Below, in pieces: positions 51,044-60,783 of a stretch of DNA of 64,000 nt. Position 1 is the stretch's first letter. Every line of letters starts with the position of its first letter. The position numbers and the translations under genes are program-made. A model generated the notes under the pieces. It was not told the origin of the DNA and did no database searches. It saw nothing but the letters and a program-made list of their open reading frames with translations. The DNA comes from an uncultured Actinomycetota bacterium (GTDB lineage Bacteria; Actinomycetota; Humimicrobiia; Humimicrobiales; Humimicrobiaceae): contig CAZSXW010000006.1 in assembly GCA_964610385.1 (NCBI GenBank), positions 17,534 through 81,533 of the forward strand, given 5' to 3'.

Positions 51044-52162
51044 ATGAAGAAAAATAGATTATACTTAATCATTTTAGTCTTGACTGCAATCTTCTTTTTC
51101 ATTATTTCTGCTACGTCTATCCAGTGCACTGCACTAAAAGGAGAAGGAACTGAATTTGATAATAAAGAAGAAGTATCTAAAACAGAAGAAAGTAAAGAGT
51201 CGAAAGAATCAAATGAAGTATCTGAAGAAATAGAGGGAGAAGAAGAGGCAGTTGAGGAGGAGACTACCGAGGGAGAATCTTCAGAAGAGGGAAAAGAAGT
51301 TACCAAAGCAGAAGAACTGGAAGCTCCTACAATAGAAATTAAAATTTATGAAGGGCCTCTTTTTTCAGAAGCTGATGAGGTATGCTACTGGAGAGTAGAA
51401 GCCAAGGTAACCGGCAATCCCACTCCAGAGGTTGAGTTTTCGAAGGATGATTCAGAAGGGACATTGGGGTCAGGAAAATGCCAAATAAACCTTAATGATC
51501 CTCTTGATACCTACACTCTTACCGCCACCGCCACCAATTCAGAAGGTTCTTCTTCTGATTCTATAAATTTGAGCTGGGGATGTGAAGAGGAACCCTCTGG
51601 AGGAGAAGCTGGCGGAGGTACCGATGGAGAAGATTTTGAACCTCCAGAATGGGAAGGGAGAGATATATTGGATTATCCTGAGATGATTTTCAGCCCTTTT
51701 GAGATTGGCTATATTGTTTATCCCACCGGAGTAAATACCACGGAACTAATAATAGGTGATTCAATAAGCAACACAGATGTTAGAGGTTTTTTTGCTTTTG
51801 ATTTAATTACCCTTAGAGGAAAAGAGATAGTTTCAGCAACCCTTAGGCTGAATACTTATAAATATTATCCAGACCCATCCTTTAAGGGTAAGATAAATAT
51901 ATCCTTTAGGGAGTATTTACCTTTAGATGCAGGTGATTATAATACACCACCTGGTTTAATTATAATGTTTCCCTTTGAGAATAATGAGAATCCCATCGAG
52001 TTCGATTTATTTACATCTTATGTTCAAGAAAAAGTAAATGATAGTTGTATATTAGGATTTTGTATATGGTACGAGTCTTCAGATACTGATTGGGATCATG
52101 AGGTTGATGGAAGAGAATATACAAAAGATTCTATCGAGTTGACTATAAGGTATATAGACTAG
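51044..52162 (+). CDS. lipoprotein with acidic linker; paralogue of the 37122 gene
   Basis: Shares the conserved core blocks (APTI..I.IY...YRV.A.VTGNP.P.V....DDS...G.....NLNDP..T.TL..TATNSEG...DSI.LSWGC and a following GY...TG......GD domain) with the 37122..38201 protein. Confidence 0.5.
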   Translation: MKKNRLYLIILVLTAIFFFIISATSIQCTALKGEGTEFDNKEEVSKTEESKESKESNEVSEEIEGEEEAVEEETTEGESSEEGKEVTKAEELEAPTIEIKIYEGPLFSEADEVCYWRVEAKVTGNPTPEVEFSKDDSEGTLGSGKCQINLNDPLDTYTLTATATNSEGSSSDSINLSWGCEEEPSGGEAGGGTDGEDFEPPEWEGRDILDYPEMIFSPFEIGYIVYPTGVNTTELIIGDSISNTDVRGFFAFDLITLRGKEIVSATLRLNTYKYYPDPSFKGKINISFREYLPLDAGDYNTPPGLIIMFPFENNENPIEFDLFTSYVQEKVNDSCILGFCIWYESSDTDWDHEVDGREYTKDSIELTIRYID

Positions 52163-52217
52163 TTGAGAATTTTTAATTAGTTTGTATATTAAATATAAAA
52201 CAATAGGAGATGAGAAA

Positions 52218-52448
52218 ATGCAAGCTTATGTTTTAGTTACTACGGATGCAGGAAAGGTAATGGGTGCATTAGCTGAAATTAGAGCAATAGAAGGTGTAAA
52301 AAATGCTCATGCAACGATTGGACCTTACGATATTATTGCATTTGTTGAATTTGAGAGTCCAAGTGATCTTACAGGTTTAATCGTTGATAAGATCCAAAAA
52401 GCTGGAGGAGTTTCCAGAACACTTACCTGTATAGCAGCAAGTGATTAA
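52218..52448 (+). CDS. stand-alone Lrp/AsnC C-terminal (RAM/ligand-binding) domain protein
   Basis: Pattern MQAYVLVTTDAGKV...EIRAIEGVKNAHATIGPYDIIAFVEFES. Start set at the ATG after the AGGAG Shine-Dalgarno sequence. Confidence 0.5.
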   Translation: MQAYVLVTTDAGKVMGALAEIRAIEGVKNAHATIGPYDIIAFVEFESPSDLTGLIVDKIQKAGGVSRTLTCIAASD

Positions 52449-52914
52449 ACTAAAGAAAGAAATAGTATTGAAAGTACTAATAATCTATCATTCGGAACAC
52501 CACGGCAACACAAAAAAGATAGCAAAAGCAATGGCAGAAAAAGTCAATGCAGATATTTCAAAAGCGGCCGATGTAAATCTCAATAAATTTGGAGAATATG
52601 ATATTGTGGGCTTTGGGTCGGGAGTTTACAATGGTAAATTACATAAGGAGCTTTCAGAAATTTTAAGCAAACTATCCCAGCAAAGCGGTAAAAAGGCTTT
52701 TATTTTTTCTACAGCGGGCTCTAAAACATACGGCCCTATAGCCAACGAACAGTTCAGGCCGATGCTTGAAGAAAAGGGTTTTAAGATAGTTGGAGAATTC
52801 TCCTGTCTCGGTTTTGATACCGCACTGACCAGAGAAGGTATTAATAAGGGCAGACCGAACAAACAGGACTTTAAGGACGCAGAAGATTTCATCGTAAATA
52901 TTATTAGAAAATAG
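52441..52914 (+). CDS. flavodoxin family protein
   Basis: KVLIIYHSEHHGNTKKIAKAMAEK FMN-binding N-terminus. GTG start overlaps the upstream gene; an alternative TTG start lies at 52468. Confidence 0.55.
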   Translation: MIKLKKEIVLKVLIIYHSEHHGNTKKIAKAMAEKVNADISKAADVNLNKFGEYDIVGFGSGVYNGKLHKELSEILSKLSQQSGKKAFIFSTAGSKTYGPIANEQFRPMLEEKGFKIVGEFSCLGFDTALTREGINKGRPNKQDFKDAEDFIVNIIRK

Positions 52915-53033
52915 TGACAATAATCTTAAAAGATGTATGCTGGCATATATGGATGTAGAGCTGGATGGTCTGCAGTCAGCCTTGATGATAAAGATAGAAA
53001 TAGTTTACAGTAAATGAAGAAATATCAGTCATC

Positions 53034-53594
53034 ATGTATAAAAAATTTTTTATCACTGGTTATCCGGGAAGTGGAAAAACCACCATTTTCAATGATATTG
53101 TAACCAGCCTTAAAAAAAGCCTCTCTAAATTAACTATATATGGATTTATTACCAAAGAGATAAGAATAAAAGGAATTCGTGTTGGCTTCAGTATAGAAAA
53201 TTTTCGTGGTGAAAAAGGGACTCTTTCACATATAGATTACAAGAACGGCCCCAGGGTAGGAAAATATGGGGTTGATTTACAAGATATAGAAAAAGTGGGG
53301 ATAAATACCTTGCGTGATGCTCTAAGAAAACCTGAAGCCAAGATAATTGCCATAGATGAGATTGGAAGGATGGAGCTTTTTCACCCCGAGTTTTTAAAAA
53401 TTTTAGATAGAATAATAGCTTCCGATAAAATGATGCTTGCAACCATCTCTTATAAAATGACTGAACTTCTGACAAAATTTAAGAATAGAAGGGATACCTG
53501 TATTTTCAATTTAGAAAATGTCCCAAAAGATAATATAGAAAGAGAAAAACTAAAAGAGAAAATATTAAAAATCATTTTTAAAAATTACATTTAG
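53034..53594 (+). CDS. THEP1-type nucleoside-triphosphatase (NTPase_1 family)
   Basis: Walker A GYPGSGKTT, then GF.T.E.R..G.R.GF and Walker B IIAIDEIGRMEL. Confidence 0.7.
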   Translation: MYKKFFITGYPGSGKTTIFNDIVTSLKKSLSKLTIYGFITKEIRIKGIRVGFSIENFRGEKGTLSHIDYKNGPRVGKYGVDLQDIEKVGINTLRDALRKPEAKIIAIDEIGRMELFHPEFLKILDRIIASDKMMLATISYKMTELLTKFKNRRDTCIFNLENVPKDNIEREKLKEKILKIIFKNYI

Positions 53595-53596
53595 TT

Positions 53597-53650
53597 CACT
53601 GTACAAGGTGGCTGAGCATTATGGTCAGGATTAAAATTATTCATAAATCA
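53597..53650 (+). repeat. dispersed intergenic repeat, degenerate copy R0
   Basis: CACTGTACAAGGTGGCTGAGCATTATGGTCAGG shares the 5' part (ACTGYACAAGGTGGCTG) with copy R5. Confidence 0.45.
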
Positions 53651-53706
53651 ATGTATTAAAGTTTTAGGATAATACTGATTAACTATGCTATTATAGTCTA
53701 TATATT

Positions 53707-53961
53707 TTGTTATTTATTTTTAATGCAAATATGAACGAAAGAAAAGAATTTCTTTATTATATTGAAGTGAAAGAAAGAGATGGTAAAAGAACCAGATATC
53801 CGATTTATAGAGATGATAAGAATTACTATATTCGTGACCACCTCGTTAAGGCAGGCAAAAGTATAGAAGATGAGATTAAAGATTTCTTTAAAGTTGAAGT
53901 CATAGGACCAATATTAGAAAAGCCTATTCATCAGGATCTAAAATTTAAAAAAACAGAATAA
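53707..53961 (+). CDS. hypothetical small protein
   Basis: ORF only. Confidence 0.25.
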   Translation: MLFIFNANMNERKEFLYYIEVKERDGKRTRYPIYRDDKNYYIRDHLVKAGKSIEDEIKDFFKVEVIGPILEKPIHQDLKFKKTE

Positions 53962-54018
53962 TTAATAATATTGATCCAAACTTAATATCCTAATCCTTTC
54001 TATCCGAAAGATTTAAAA

Positions 54019-54537
54019 TCAGAAATTAAGCTTTCCGAACAATGCATTAGCTAATAAACCTGCTAGTGGCGGGAAAAAGAATGTACATGCCAGGCGTACA
54101 AGTGTAAACTTCCACCCCAATATTCCTATATCCATTGGTAATCTTCCAATTGCCCATAATGACCATCCAGTCAGAAAAGCGACCATAGTCCCAACACTTG
54201 CACCAGTCCTTAAAAAACCACCTGCTAAAGGTAAGCTGACATAGGGTCCTCCAGGCATGATACCGCCTGCAGCAGTTCCTATAAATATTCCCCTTAGACC
54301 GGAACCTTCTCCAATCCATCTGGAAATTATTTCCATCGGGACCAATGCCTGTATCATTCCGGCTATAATAAAGGCAAAAATAAGCAGTGGTAGTATTTCA
54401 ATAGTCATATTCAAGGCTGCTTTCAGACCGGTTATATGCTGGCCTTGCCCCCTGAAATAACCGACTAGTATCAGTGCTACAGCTATTGCCCCCATTATCG
54501 ATGTTGATATTAACATTTGTGATTTCCTCCTGCTCAT
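54019..54537 (-). CDS. predicted permease (DUF318/ArsP-like), short form
   Basis: Four TM helices with Gly-rich loops (GIMPGGPYVSLPLAGG). Confidence 0.45.
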   Translation of the reverse strand: MSRRKSQMLISTSIMGAIAVALILVGYFRGQGQHITGLKAALNMTIEILPLLIFAFIIAGMIQALVPMEIISRWIGEGSGLRGIFIGTAAGGIMPGGPYVSLPLAGGFLRTGASVGTMVAFLTGWSLWAIGRLPMDIGILGWKFTLVRLACTFFFPPLAGLLANALFGKLNF

Positions 54538-54772
54538 AGTCCTCTCTCCATCTTTAGGATTTAATTACTTAAAGACTGTATTTTAAATATAATTAGTAAT
54601 ATTTTATAAATTAAACCCTTACATTGAAACAGCAATTATTTTTTATCACCTCTGATTCTGTAGACTTCCATTTAAAGACCTCATCTTCTTAAATATAAAA
54701 GAAATATGAGTTTTTATTATAATACTAATAAAAATTAATAGTAAATTAGATAATAAAAAAATAAATAATGAT

Positions 54773-54858
54773 TGACTTGGTATAGTAGACGAAGTTAGAA
54801 CTGAATTAATAGGCTTGAATGGGGGGGGGATATTTTTAATCCTGAATTTAATTATTAA
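54773..54858 (+). repeat. dispersed intergenic repeat copy R1
   Basis: GGTATAGTAGACGAAGTTAGAACTGAATTAATAGGCTTGAATGGGGGGGGATATTTTTAATCCTGAATTTAATTATTA. Confidence 0.6.
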
Positions 54859-54960
54859 AAAATAGTCAGCATTATTATTCCAGCACAAATACACTTTTTT
54901 ACCAAATAAAAAAAGTATTATAATTACATTAAGTTTGATTACAAAATAATCTAAATTAAT

Positions 54961-55464
54961 ATGGTTAGATTTTATAAAAAACTACTCAATACGGGACTGC
55001 TTTTTTCCATTGCCTGTATACTTTCTATTCTATCTTTCCCCGTTAACCCTCTTGCTATACTTAAAGTAATAAATCCTCTTGATATAAAGGTCTTATGGTA
55101 TATTGGTTGGATAGTCTGGTCAGCTGGTATGGTTCTTATAGGTTTTGCTTACTATTATATATACATAAGAAAGATAAAAGTATTAATTAAGCAGGGAATT
55201 TATAAAGTTATCCGCCATCCTATGTATCTGGGCTGGATTTTAGCAGTATTTATTGCAACTATTTTTCTTTACCAGCATTGGGTATTTATTGTTATTGGAA
55301 TTCCTGGAGTATTATCAATTTATTTAATTTCAATTAGAGAAGAAATCTCTAATATTAGGCGGTTTGGTAAAAGCTATAAAAACTATATAGAAAATGTACC
55401 CAGAATGAACATTATTTTAGGAATTATAAGATTATTAAGAAGAAGGAATAAAATTCCAAACTAA
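54961..55464 (+). CDS. isoprenylcysteine carboxyl methyltransferase (ICMT/PEMT) family protein
   Basis: RHPMYLG hallmark motif in a polytopic membrane protein. Confidence 0.7.
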   Translation: MVRFYKKLLNTGLLFSIACILSILSFPVNPLAILKVINPLDIKVLWYIGWIVWSAGMVLIGFAYYYIYIRKIKVLIKQGIYKVIRHPMYLGWILAVFIATIFLYQHWVFIVIGIPGVLSIYLISIREEISNIRRFGKSYKNYIENVPRMNIILGIIRLLRRRNKIPN

Positions 55465-55518
55465 AGAAAGATTTAAAAAGCCTGAACATTAATATAAATA
55501 TGAGGTATTTATCTTAAG

Positions 55519-55595
55519 TGTGGCTGGGGCAGTGAACGACGTTAGAACCAGTTTATTGAGGTTAAATGAAGGTTTTTTATATTAGAATTGAGCTT
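55519..55595 (+). repeat. dispersed intergenic repeat copy R2
   Basis: GTGGCTGGGGCAGTGAACGACGTTAGAACCAGTTTATTGAGGTTAAATGAAGGTTTTTTATATTAGAATTGAGC. Confidence 0.6.
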
Positions 55596-56174
55596 TTAAA
55601 GTCTCATTTTCCTATTCTTGAGCATTCCTGTAAAGAAATTCCACATAGGAACCTTCTTCATATATTCAATATATTCTCTACCAAACTTTTTAATATTATA
55701 GTTATCCTCAACTTTTGAGGCTATATAAAATAATATAACTGCAGCAATACCAATTATTATTAGAACAATTGCCTGATAGGCGAATAAAAAACTTATGGTA
55801 ACCAAGGAAAGTCCCAGGTAGAGTGGGTGTCTTAGTATTTTAAATATTCCTTTATGTATCATCTTGGTAGTATCTTCCAAACCCGATGCTGGCTTGCCAA
55901 TACGCTTTAAGCTTACAAATGAAGATATTATTAAAAATATACCAGTCACAAAAAAAATTATGGATATATACTGCAGATAGGTAATACCAGCTCTCTTTAA
56001 CATAAAATTATCAAAGCTGGTTAATCCCAGAACAATTACAGAAATGAAAAGACCTATACCGATTTCAGCAAATATTTCAAATCTTTTACGCTTTTTTGTA
56101 CCTCTGGGTAAACATCTTACCAGGATTGTTATTGCTAATATGCAGATTATTATATATGCAATAAAGGGCTTCAT
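55596..56174 (-). CDS. isoprenylcysteine carboxyl methyltransferase (ICMT/PEMT) family protein, second paralogue
   Basis: RHPLYLG motif; opposite strand to its neighbours. Confidence 0.7.
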   Translation of the reverse strand: MKPFIAYIIICILAITILVRCLPRGTKKRKRFEIFAEIGIGLFISVIVLGLTSFDNFMLKRAGITYLQYISIIFFVTGIFLIISSFVSLKRIGKPASGLEDTTKMIHKGIFKILRHPLYLGLSLVTISFLFAYQAIVLIIIGIAAVILFYIASKVEDNYNIKKFGREYIEYMKKVPMWNFFTGMLKNRKMRL

Positions 56175-56262
56175 TTTTATATAAAAAGTTAATGAATAAT
56201 TTTGATTATTATCATATACTCATAATCAATATCTTTCAATTTTATGAATTCTTTTATTTTTT

Positions 56263-56345
56263 GGCTGGGGACAGTGGACAAAGTTAGAACCGCTTTATTG
56301 GGCTTAAATGAAGATATTTTTATACCATAATTGAGTATTAGTTAG
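56263..56345 (+). repeat. dispersed intergenic repeat copy R3
   Basis: GGCTGGGGACAGTGGACAAAGTTAGAACCGCTTTATTGGGCTTAAATGAAGATATTTTTATACCATAATTGAGTATTA. Confidence 0.65.
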
Positions 56346-56569
56346 CTAAAACATCCTAATTTGTTGAAAGTTGTATGTCTATAATAAAAGTATTGTAATT
56401 TTTTTACAATAATTATATATTTTTATGGTGTGTAAAATCATTTAGAAGCTTGGAAACTTTTTTTATGGTTACTTGAGTACAGCAGAACTGATTATGAAAC
56501 TAACTAAATAGCTGGTTTTATATTTTTAAATAAATTTTTAGACTAATAATTTTTTAAAAATATGTTCTT

Positions 56570-57886
56570 ATGAAATTAGAGCTAATTGTCCCTGCTACGC
56601 AAGAGAATCTCCTAAATCGGAAGAAGACACCAGGACCACACCTAGGTCTAGCAATGGTTGCCGCCCTGACCCCACCAGAGGTTGAAGTCTCAATAACTGA
56701 TGAGAATGTCACAGATATTGATTTCCAAAAGCAAATTGACTTAGTTGGAATAACAGCAATGACTATTACGGCGGATAGAGCCTATAAGATCGCTGATACT
56801 TTCAGAGAAAGAGGGGTTAAAGTTATCTTGGGAGGTAGTCACCCTAGTGCTCTTCCTAAAGAGGCAAGTCAATACGCTGATGCTGTAGTAATCGGGGAAG
56901 CTGAGGGAATTTGGACAAATGTAATCGAGGATTTTAAGGCAAACAAGCTAAAAAAGATATATAGACAACGCGAGCGGCCCAGCTTGCTCAACTTGCCTAT
57001 CCCCCGGCGAGATTTATTTATCGATGGAGCATATCTCTTCATGAACTCAATCTCAACCACTAGAGGCTGTCCCCATGCCTGCTCTTTCTGCTCAGTTACT
57101 TCATTCTTCGGCAATACTTATCGCTGCCGTCCTATAGAGGAAATACTCAAGGAAATCGAAACAATGAATTATAAGAGACTTATGTGGTTTATTGATGACA
57201 ATATTGTGGGCAATCCTAGGTTTGCTAAAGAGCTCTTTCGTGCCCTTATTCCTTTCAAACTAAAGTGGGCTGGCCAAGCCTCAGTTACTATTGCAAAAGA
57301 TGACGAATTACTCAAACTTGCATCTGAAAGTGGCTGTATGATCCTACTTATTGGGTTTGAGACATTATCTCCGGATAATCTAGTAGCAATGGGAAAAAGG
57401 GTGAATGTAGTAGACAAATACGAAATGGTAATCAGAAAGATCCACTCCTATGGCATTGCCATCCACGGCTTCTTTATCCTGGGATTAGACGATGATGATG
57501 AAGATGTTTTCGAGCGTACTGTCCGCTTTGCCCAGAGCATGCAGCTTGAGAGTGCTCAATTTGCTTGGCCCACACCATATCCAGGTACTGCCCTATACGA
57601 ATCTTTGGATAAGGCTGGACGATTAATTACTAAAAGTTGGTCACAGTATGAGTCTAACGTTGTATTTGAACCAAAGCTAATGTCACGGGATATTCTGAAA
57701 AGGGGACGTGACTGGGTTTGGAAAGAGTTCTATAGCTTGCCCTCTATTTGGAGGAGATTAGGAATTACACACCGTTATTTAGTTCCACTCTGGACGCTTA
57801 ATCTTTATTACCGCTCCTTCTGGCGAAGAAAATCCAAAGTTATTAAAGATAGCCACAAGGTCAAATCCCAATTAGTCTCTGGGTAG
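56570..57886 (+). CDS. B12-binding-domain radical SAM protein (class B)
   Basis: N-terminal B12-binding/Rossmann-like region plus the radical SAM CxxxCxxC (CPHACSFC). GC content is clearly higher than in the flanks. Confidence 0.8.
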   Translation: MKLELIVPATQENLLNRKKTPGPHLGLAMVAALTPPEVEVSITDENVTDIDFQKQIDLVGITAMTITADRAYKIADTFRERGVKVILGGSHPSALPKEASQYADAVVIGEAEGIWTNVIEDFKANKLKKIYRQRERPSLLNLPIPRRDLFIDGAYLFMNSISTTRGCPHACSFCSVTSFFGNTYRCRPIEEILKEIETMNYKRLMWFIDDNIVGNPRFAKELFRALIPFKLKWAGQASVTIAKDDELLKLASESGCMILLIGFETLSPDNLVAMGKRVNVVDKYEMVIRKIHSYGIAIHGFFILGLDDDDEDVFERTVRFAQSMQLESAQFAWPTPYPGTALYESLDKAGRLITKSWSQYESNVVFEPKLMSRDILKRGRDWVWKEFYSLPSIWRRLGITHRYLVPLWTLNLYYRSFWRRKSKVIKDSHKVKSQLVSG

Positions 57887-58065
57887 TATTAAAAGTTGGT
57901 CTGATTTGATTAGAAACCAAATTATATAAAAGATCATTCTAATAATTACGGGTAATCATCTCTAGTTGAAACTAAAGCTATATCTGGATGACTTACACGA
58001 AATTCTTCTTCTTTGATTGGTGAATCAGATTAGGTAAAATAATAGAAATAGTTTGAAAAATGACA

Positions 58066-58110
58066 ATTGGCTGAGCATTGTGGTCAAGATAAAATGAGAC
58101 ACTATAAAAA
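58066..58110 (+). repeat. dispersed intergenic repeat, degenerate/partial copy R4
   Basis: TTGGCTGAGCATTGTGGTCAAGATAAAATGAG resembles R0. Confidence 0.4.
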
Positions 58111-58390
58111 AAGTCTAACTTAGAAGAAAAATCTTATGTATATAAATTCAAGTTCATAAATAATAGACTTTCTCAAAGTGACCTTTCTTACCCTTTCTTA
58201 TTTTACTGGCCCGAATCCCAACATTCAAACTGAACTAGTTTTTAAGGAACCTTCAAGATGGCTTAGATACTAAATTAAAAACTATACTAAAGAATGGGGA
58301 AAGGTAGGTTATATGCTTAAATAATTTAATAAAAAAACGACTCATCTTTTAAAACTCTTATTGAAATTAGGGAGGTTGGTCACTTTTTTT

Positions 58391-58485
58391 ACTGCACAAG
58401 GTGGCTGGGGACAGTAGACAAAGTTCAAACCAGATTATTGGGTTCAAACGGGAATATTTTTATACCTGAATTAAGTTTTTGCCTA
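58391..58485 (+). repeat. dispersed intergenic repeat copy R5
   Basis: ACTGCACAAGGTGGCTGGGGACAGTAGACAAAGTTCAAACCAGATTATTGGGTTCAAACGGGAATATTTTTATACCTGAATTAAG. Confidence 0.65.
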
Positions 58486-58585
58486 AGATAGTTAAATATA
58501 AAAAATTTGCATTCTCATAATAATCCTGTTTTAATCTACTGATGAGAATCTGCATCTTAATTTAAAAATATCTGGAGGTAAACAA

Positions 58586-59338
58586 GTGGATATCTGGAAA
58601 TATTACGATATCACCCATAAGAAACACATAATCTGTAATCCCATGAGTAAATTTAAACTTGATGGATTATTTTTATTGTTGGATATAAAAACAGGCTCCA
58701 AAGTTTTAGATATTGGTTGTGGCAAAGGAGAGTTCCTGATAAGACTTACTGAATTATTTAATATTCATGGTACAGGAGTTGATATTTCACCTTATTTTAT
58801 AAAAGATTGTAAAAGGAAGAAAAGCGAAAGAATTCCTAAATCCGATGTCAAATTTTTAGAAATGGATGGCGCCAAATATAAACCTGAAAACAATGAATTG
58901 TTTGACTTAACCATATGTCTTGGCGCAAGCTTTGTTTACAATGGATTTACAGGAACAATAAATGCATTAAAGAAAATGACAAAACCAAAGGGGCTGCTTA
59001 TTATAGGAGAGCCCTATTGGTTAAAAGACCCGCCTGAAGAATATCTTAAAATGAGTGGAATAAATAAAGAGGAGTTTAATAACCATTTTAAAAATATAGA
59101 TATTGCTGAAAAAGAAGGACTAAATTGTATATACACACTTGTAAGTAATCATGATGACTGGGACCATTATGAAACACTTCAATGGTGGTCAGCATATGAT
59201 TATGTAACCCTCAATCCTAATGATTCAGATAACTCTGAATTGTTGGAGAAGATAAAAAAAGCAAAAACAGAGTATCTATTATACGGTAGAGACACTCTTG
59301 GCTGGGCAATATATATTTTTAAAAGACAATTACAATAA
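58586..59338 (+). CDS. class I SAM-dependent methyltransferase
   Basis: Motif I VLDIGCGKGEF and a post-I acidic residue. Confidence 0.65.
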   Translation: MDIWKYYDITHKKHIICNPMSKFKLDGLFLLLDIKTGSKVLDIGCGKGEFLIRLTELFNIHGTGVDISPYFIKDCKRKKSERIPKSDVKFLEMDGAKYKPENNELFDLTICLGASFVYNGFTGTINALKKMTKPKGLLIIGEPYWLKDPPEEYLKMSGINKEEFNNHFKNIDIAEKEGLNCIYTLVSNHDDWDHYETLQWWSAYDYVTLNPNDSDNSELLEKIKKAKTEYLLYGRDTLGWAIYIFKRQLQ

Positions 59339-59385
59339 ATAACTACTAATTATCCCCCCAGTTTATAAAAGAGGTATAAAGTTAA

Positions 59386-59470
59386 GCTTAGCTGGGGATA
59401 GTAGACAAAGTTAGAACCGCATTATTAGGCATAAGTGAGGATATTTATATACCAGAATTGAGTTATTAAT
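59386..59470 (+). repeat. dispersed intergenic repeat copy R6
   Basis: AGCTTAGCTGGGGATAGTAGACAAAGTTAGAACCGCATTATTAGGCATAAGTGAGGATATTTATATACCAGAATTGAGTTATTA. Confidence 0.65.
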
Positions 59471-59673
59471 ACTTTCTTATCATCAAAGCGTCAAATCACT
59501 AAATATATCTATCTTTTTAACGGATTACAAAAAATAGAATAATTATATTTGGTAGAACATCATTGATAATCCGATCTTTATCTATTTGCTATTCTATACC
59601 TTTTAGTGACATAATCACTGAATATTGACATAATTGCATCAAGCATTTTAGTAGACATATTAAATGGAGAAAA

Positions 59674-60453
59674 ATGGGCAGAGTTCAAAAAATTAATTGC
59701 TACCTTTTCCTAATCTTATTTTTAATACTTATTATAACTTTTTTTACCCGTAATAATATACGTAATGTAGACGAGATCACGGATGAGGTTATAAATCAAC
59801 CTGTTCAAAAAGAAATATCAAATACGGAGGAAATTGAATTTAAAAAGGATGGCTATCTATGGCAGCTAATACCTCTTTATGATTATGAGATAAGCGGTCT
59901 TGTTATTGGCAGAATGAATTATCAGATATTCAGTATCAATAAATATACCAGTTTATTCCCTATTGACTTGGGTTTGATCTGGGGCAATAATGTTGCCAAT
60001 AAAGTCTATCAGGATAAGCGAATCAAATTCATGCAGGACTCCCGCTGGTGCTGGGTCTGGTGGGATGGAGATGCCGTTTTCAACCTCAATGAATTCTCTA
60101 ATAACCATTTATTCACTAAGGAAAAGGATTTGAGCGATGAAGCTAAAAAAATTAACCGCGGCGATCAGATAACAATCAAAGGAAAACTGGTGAATATTAT
60201 AGCTACCCCACTAGAAGATAATGGGATATCCGGACAAAATACTATTACCTGGAAATCGAGTACGACCAGAAAAGATAATGGCACGGGAGCATGTGAAATT
60301 ATCTATGTCGAGGATATAAAAGTATTAAAAAAAGGCAATATGCTCTCCCGTTTTTTATTCTGGTTTAGTTTTTATGGATTGATTTTTATAATTATTTGGA
60401 GCATATCTTATTTTCTATATAGTATTAATATGCAGAAAAAAACTGATTCCTGA
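59674..60453 (+). CDS. hypothetical protein with N- and C-terminal TM helices
   Basis: ORF with a good hydrophobic N-terminal anchor; no recognisable family. Confidence 0.35.
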   Translation: MGRVQKINCYLFLILFLILIITFFTRNNIRNVDEITDEVINQPVQKEISNTEEIEFKKDGYLWQLIPLYDYEISGLVIGRMNYQIFSINKYTSLFPIDLGLIWGNNVANKVYQDKRIKFMQDSRWCWVWWDGDAVFNLNEFSNNHLFTKEKDLSDEAKKINRGDQITIKGKLVNIIATPLEDNGISGQNTITWKSSTTRKDNGTGACEIIYVEDIKVLKKGNMLSRFLFWFSFYGLIFIIIWSISYFLYSINMQKKTDS

Positions 60454-60589
60454 CTCATTTGAAAGTTCGAAAGTTGAGCAAAAAAGACAAATAATTAATT
60501 TTGTACTTACGAACTTACAACTTAGAGGCAAAAAGCTAGAATATACCTTGAAAACCCCCTTTGATGTACTAGTAGATTTAGGTTACCAT

Positions 60590-60675
60590 TCAAGCTGGCT
60601 GGCCACTGTGGACGATGTTAAAACCAAGATCTTACTGTTAAATGAGGATATTTTTATACCTGAATTATCAGGTTA
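60590..60675 (+). repeat. dispersed intergenic repeat copy R7
   Basis: CAAGCTGGCTGGCCACTGTGGACGATGTTAAAACCAAGATCTTACTGTTAAATGAGGATATTTTTATACCTGAATTATCAGG. Confidence 0.6.
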
Positions 60676-60783
60676 ACCCCTATATCTAATACTAAACTCT
60701 ATATAACGATAAATCCTTTCAATTACAAATCCAAATAAGGTAATATATTTTTATATCAGGTATTAATTTAGGAGTATCTATAA

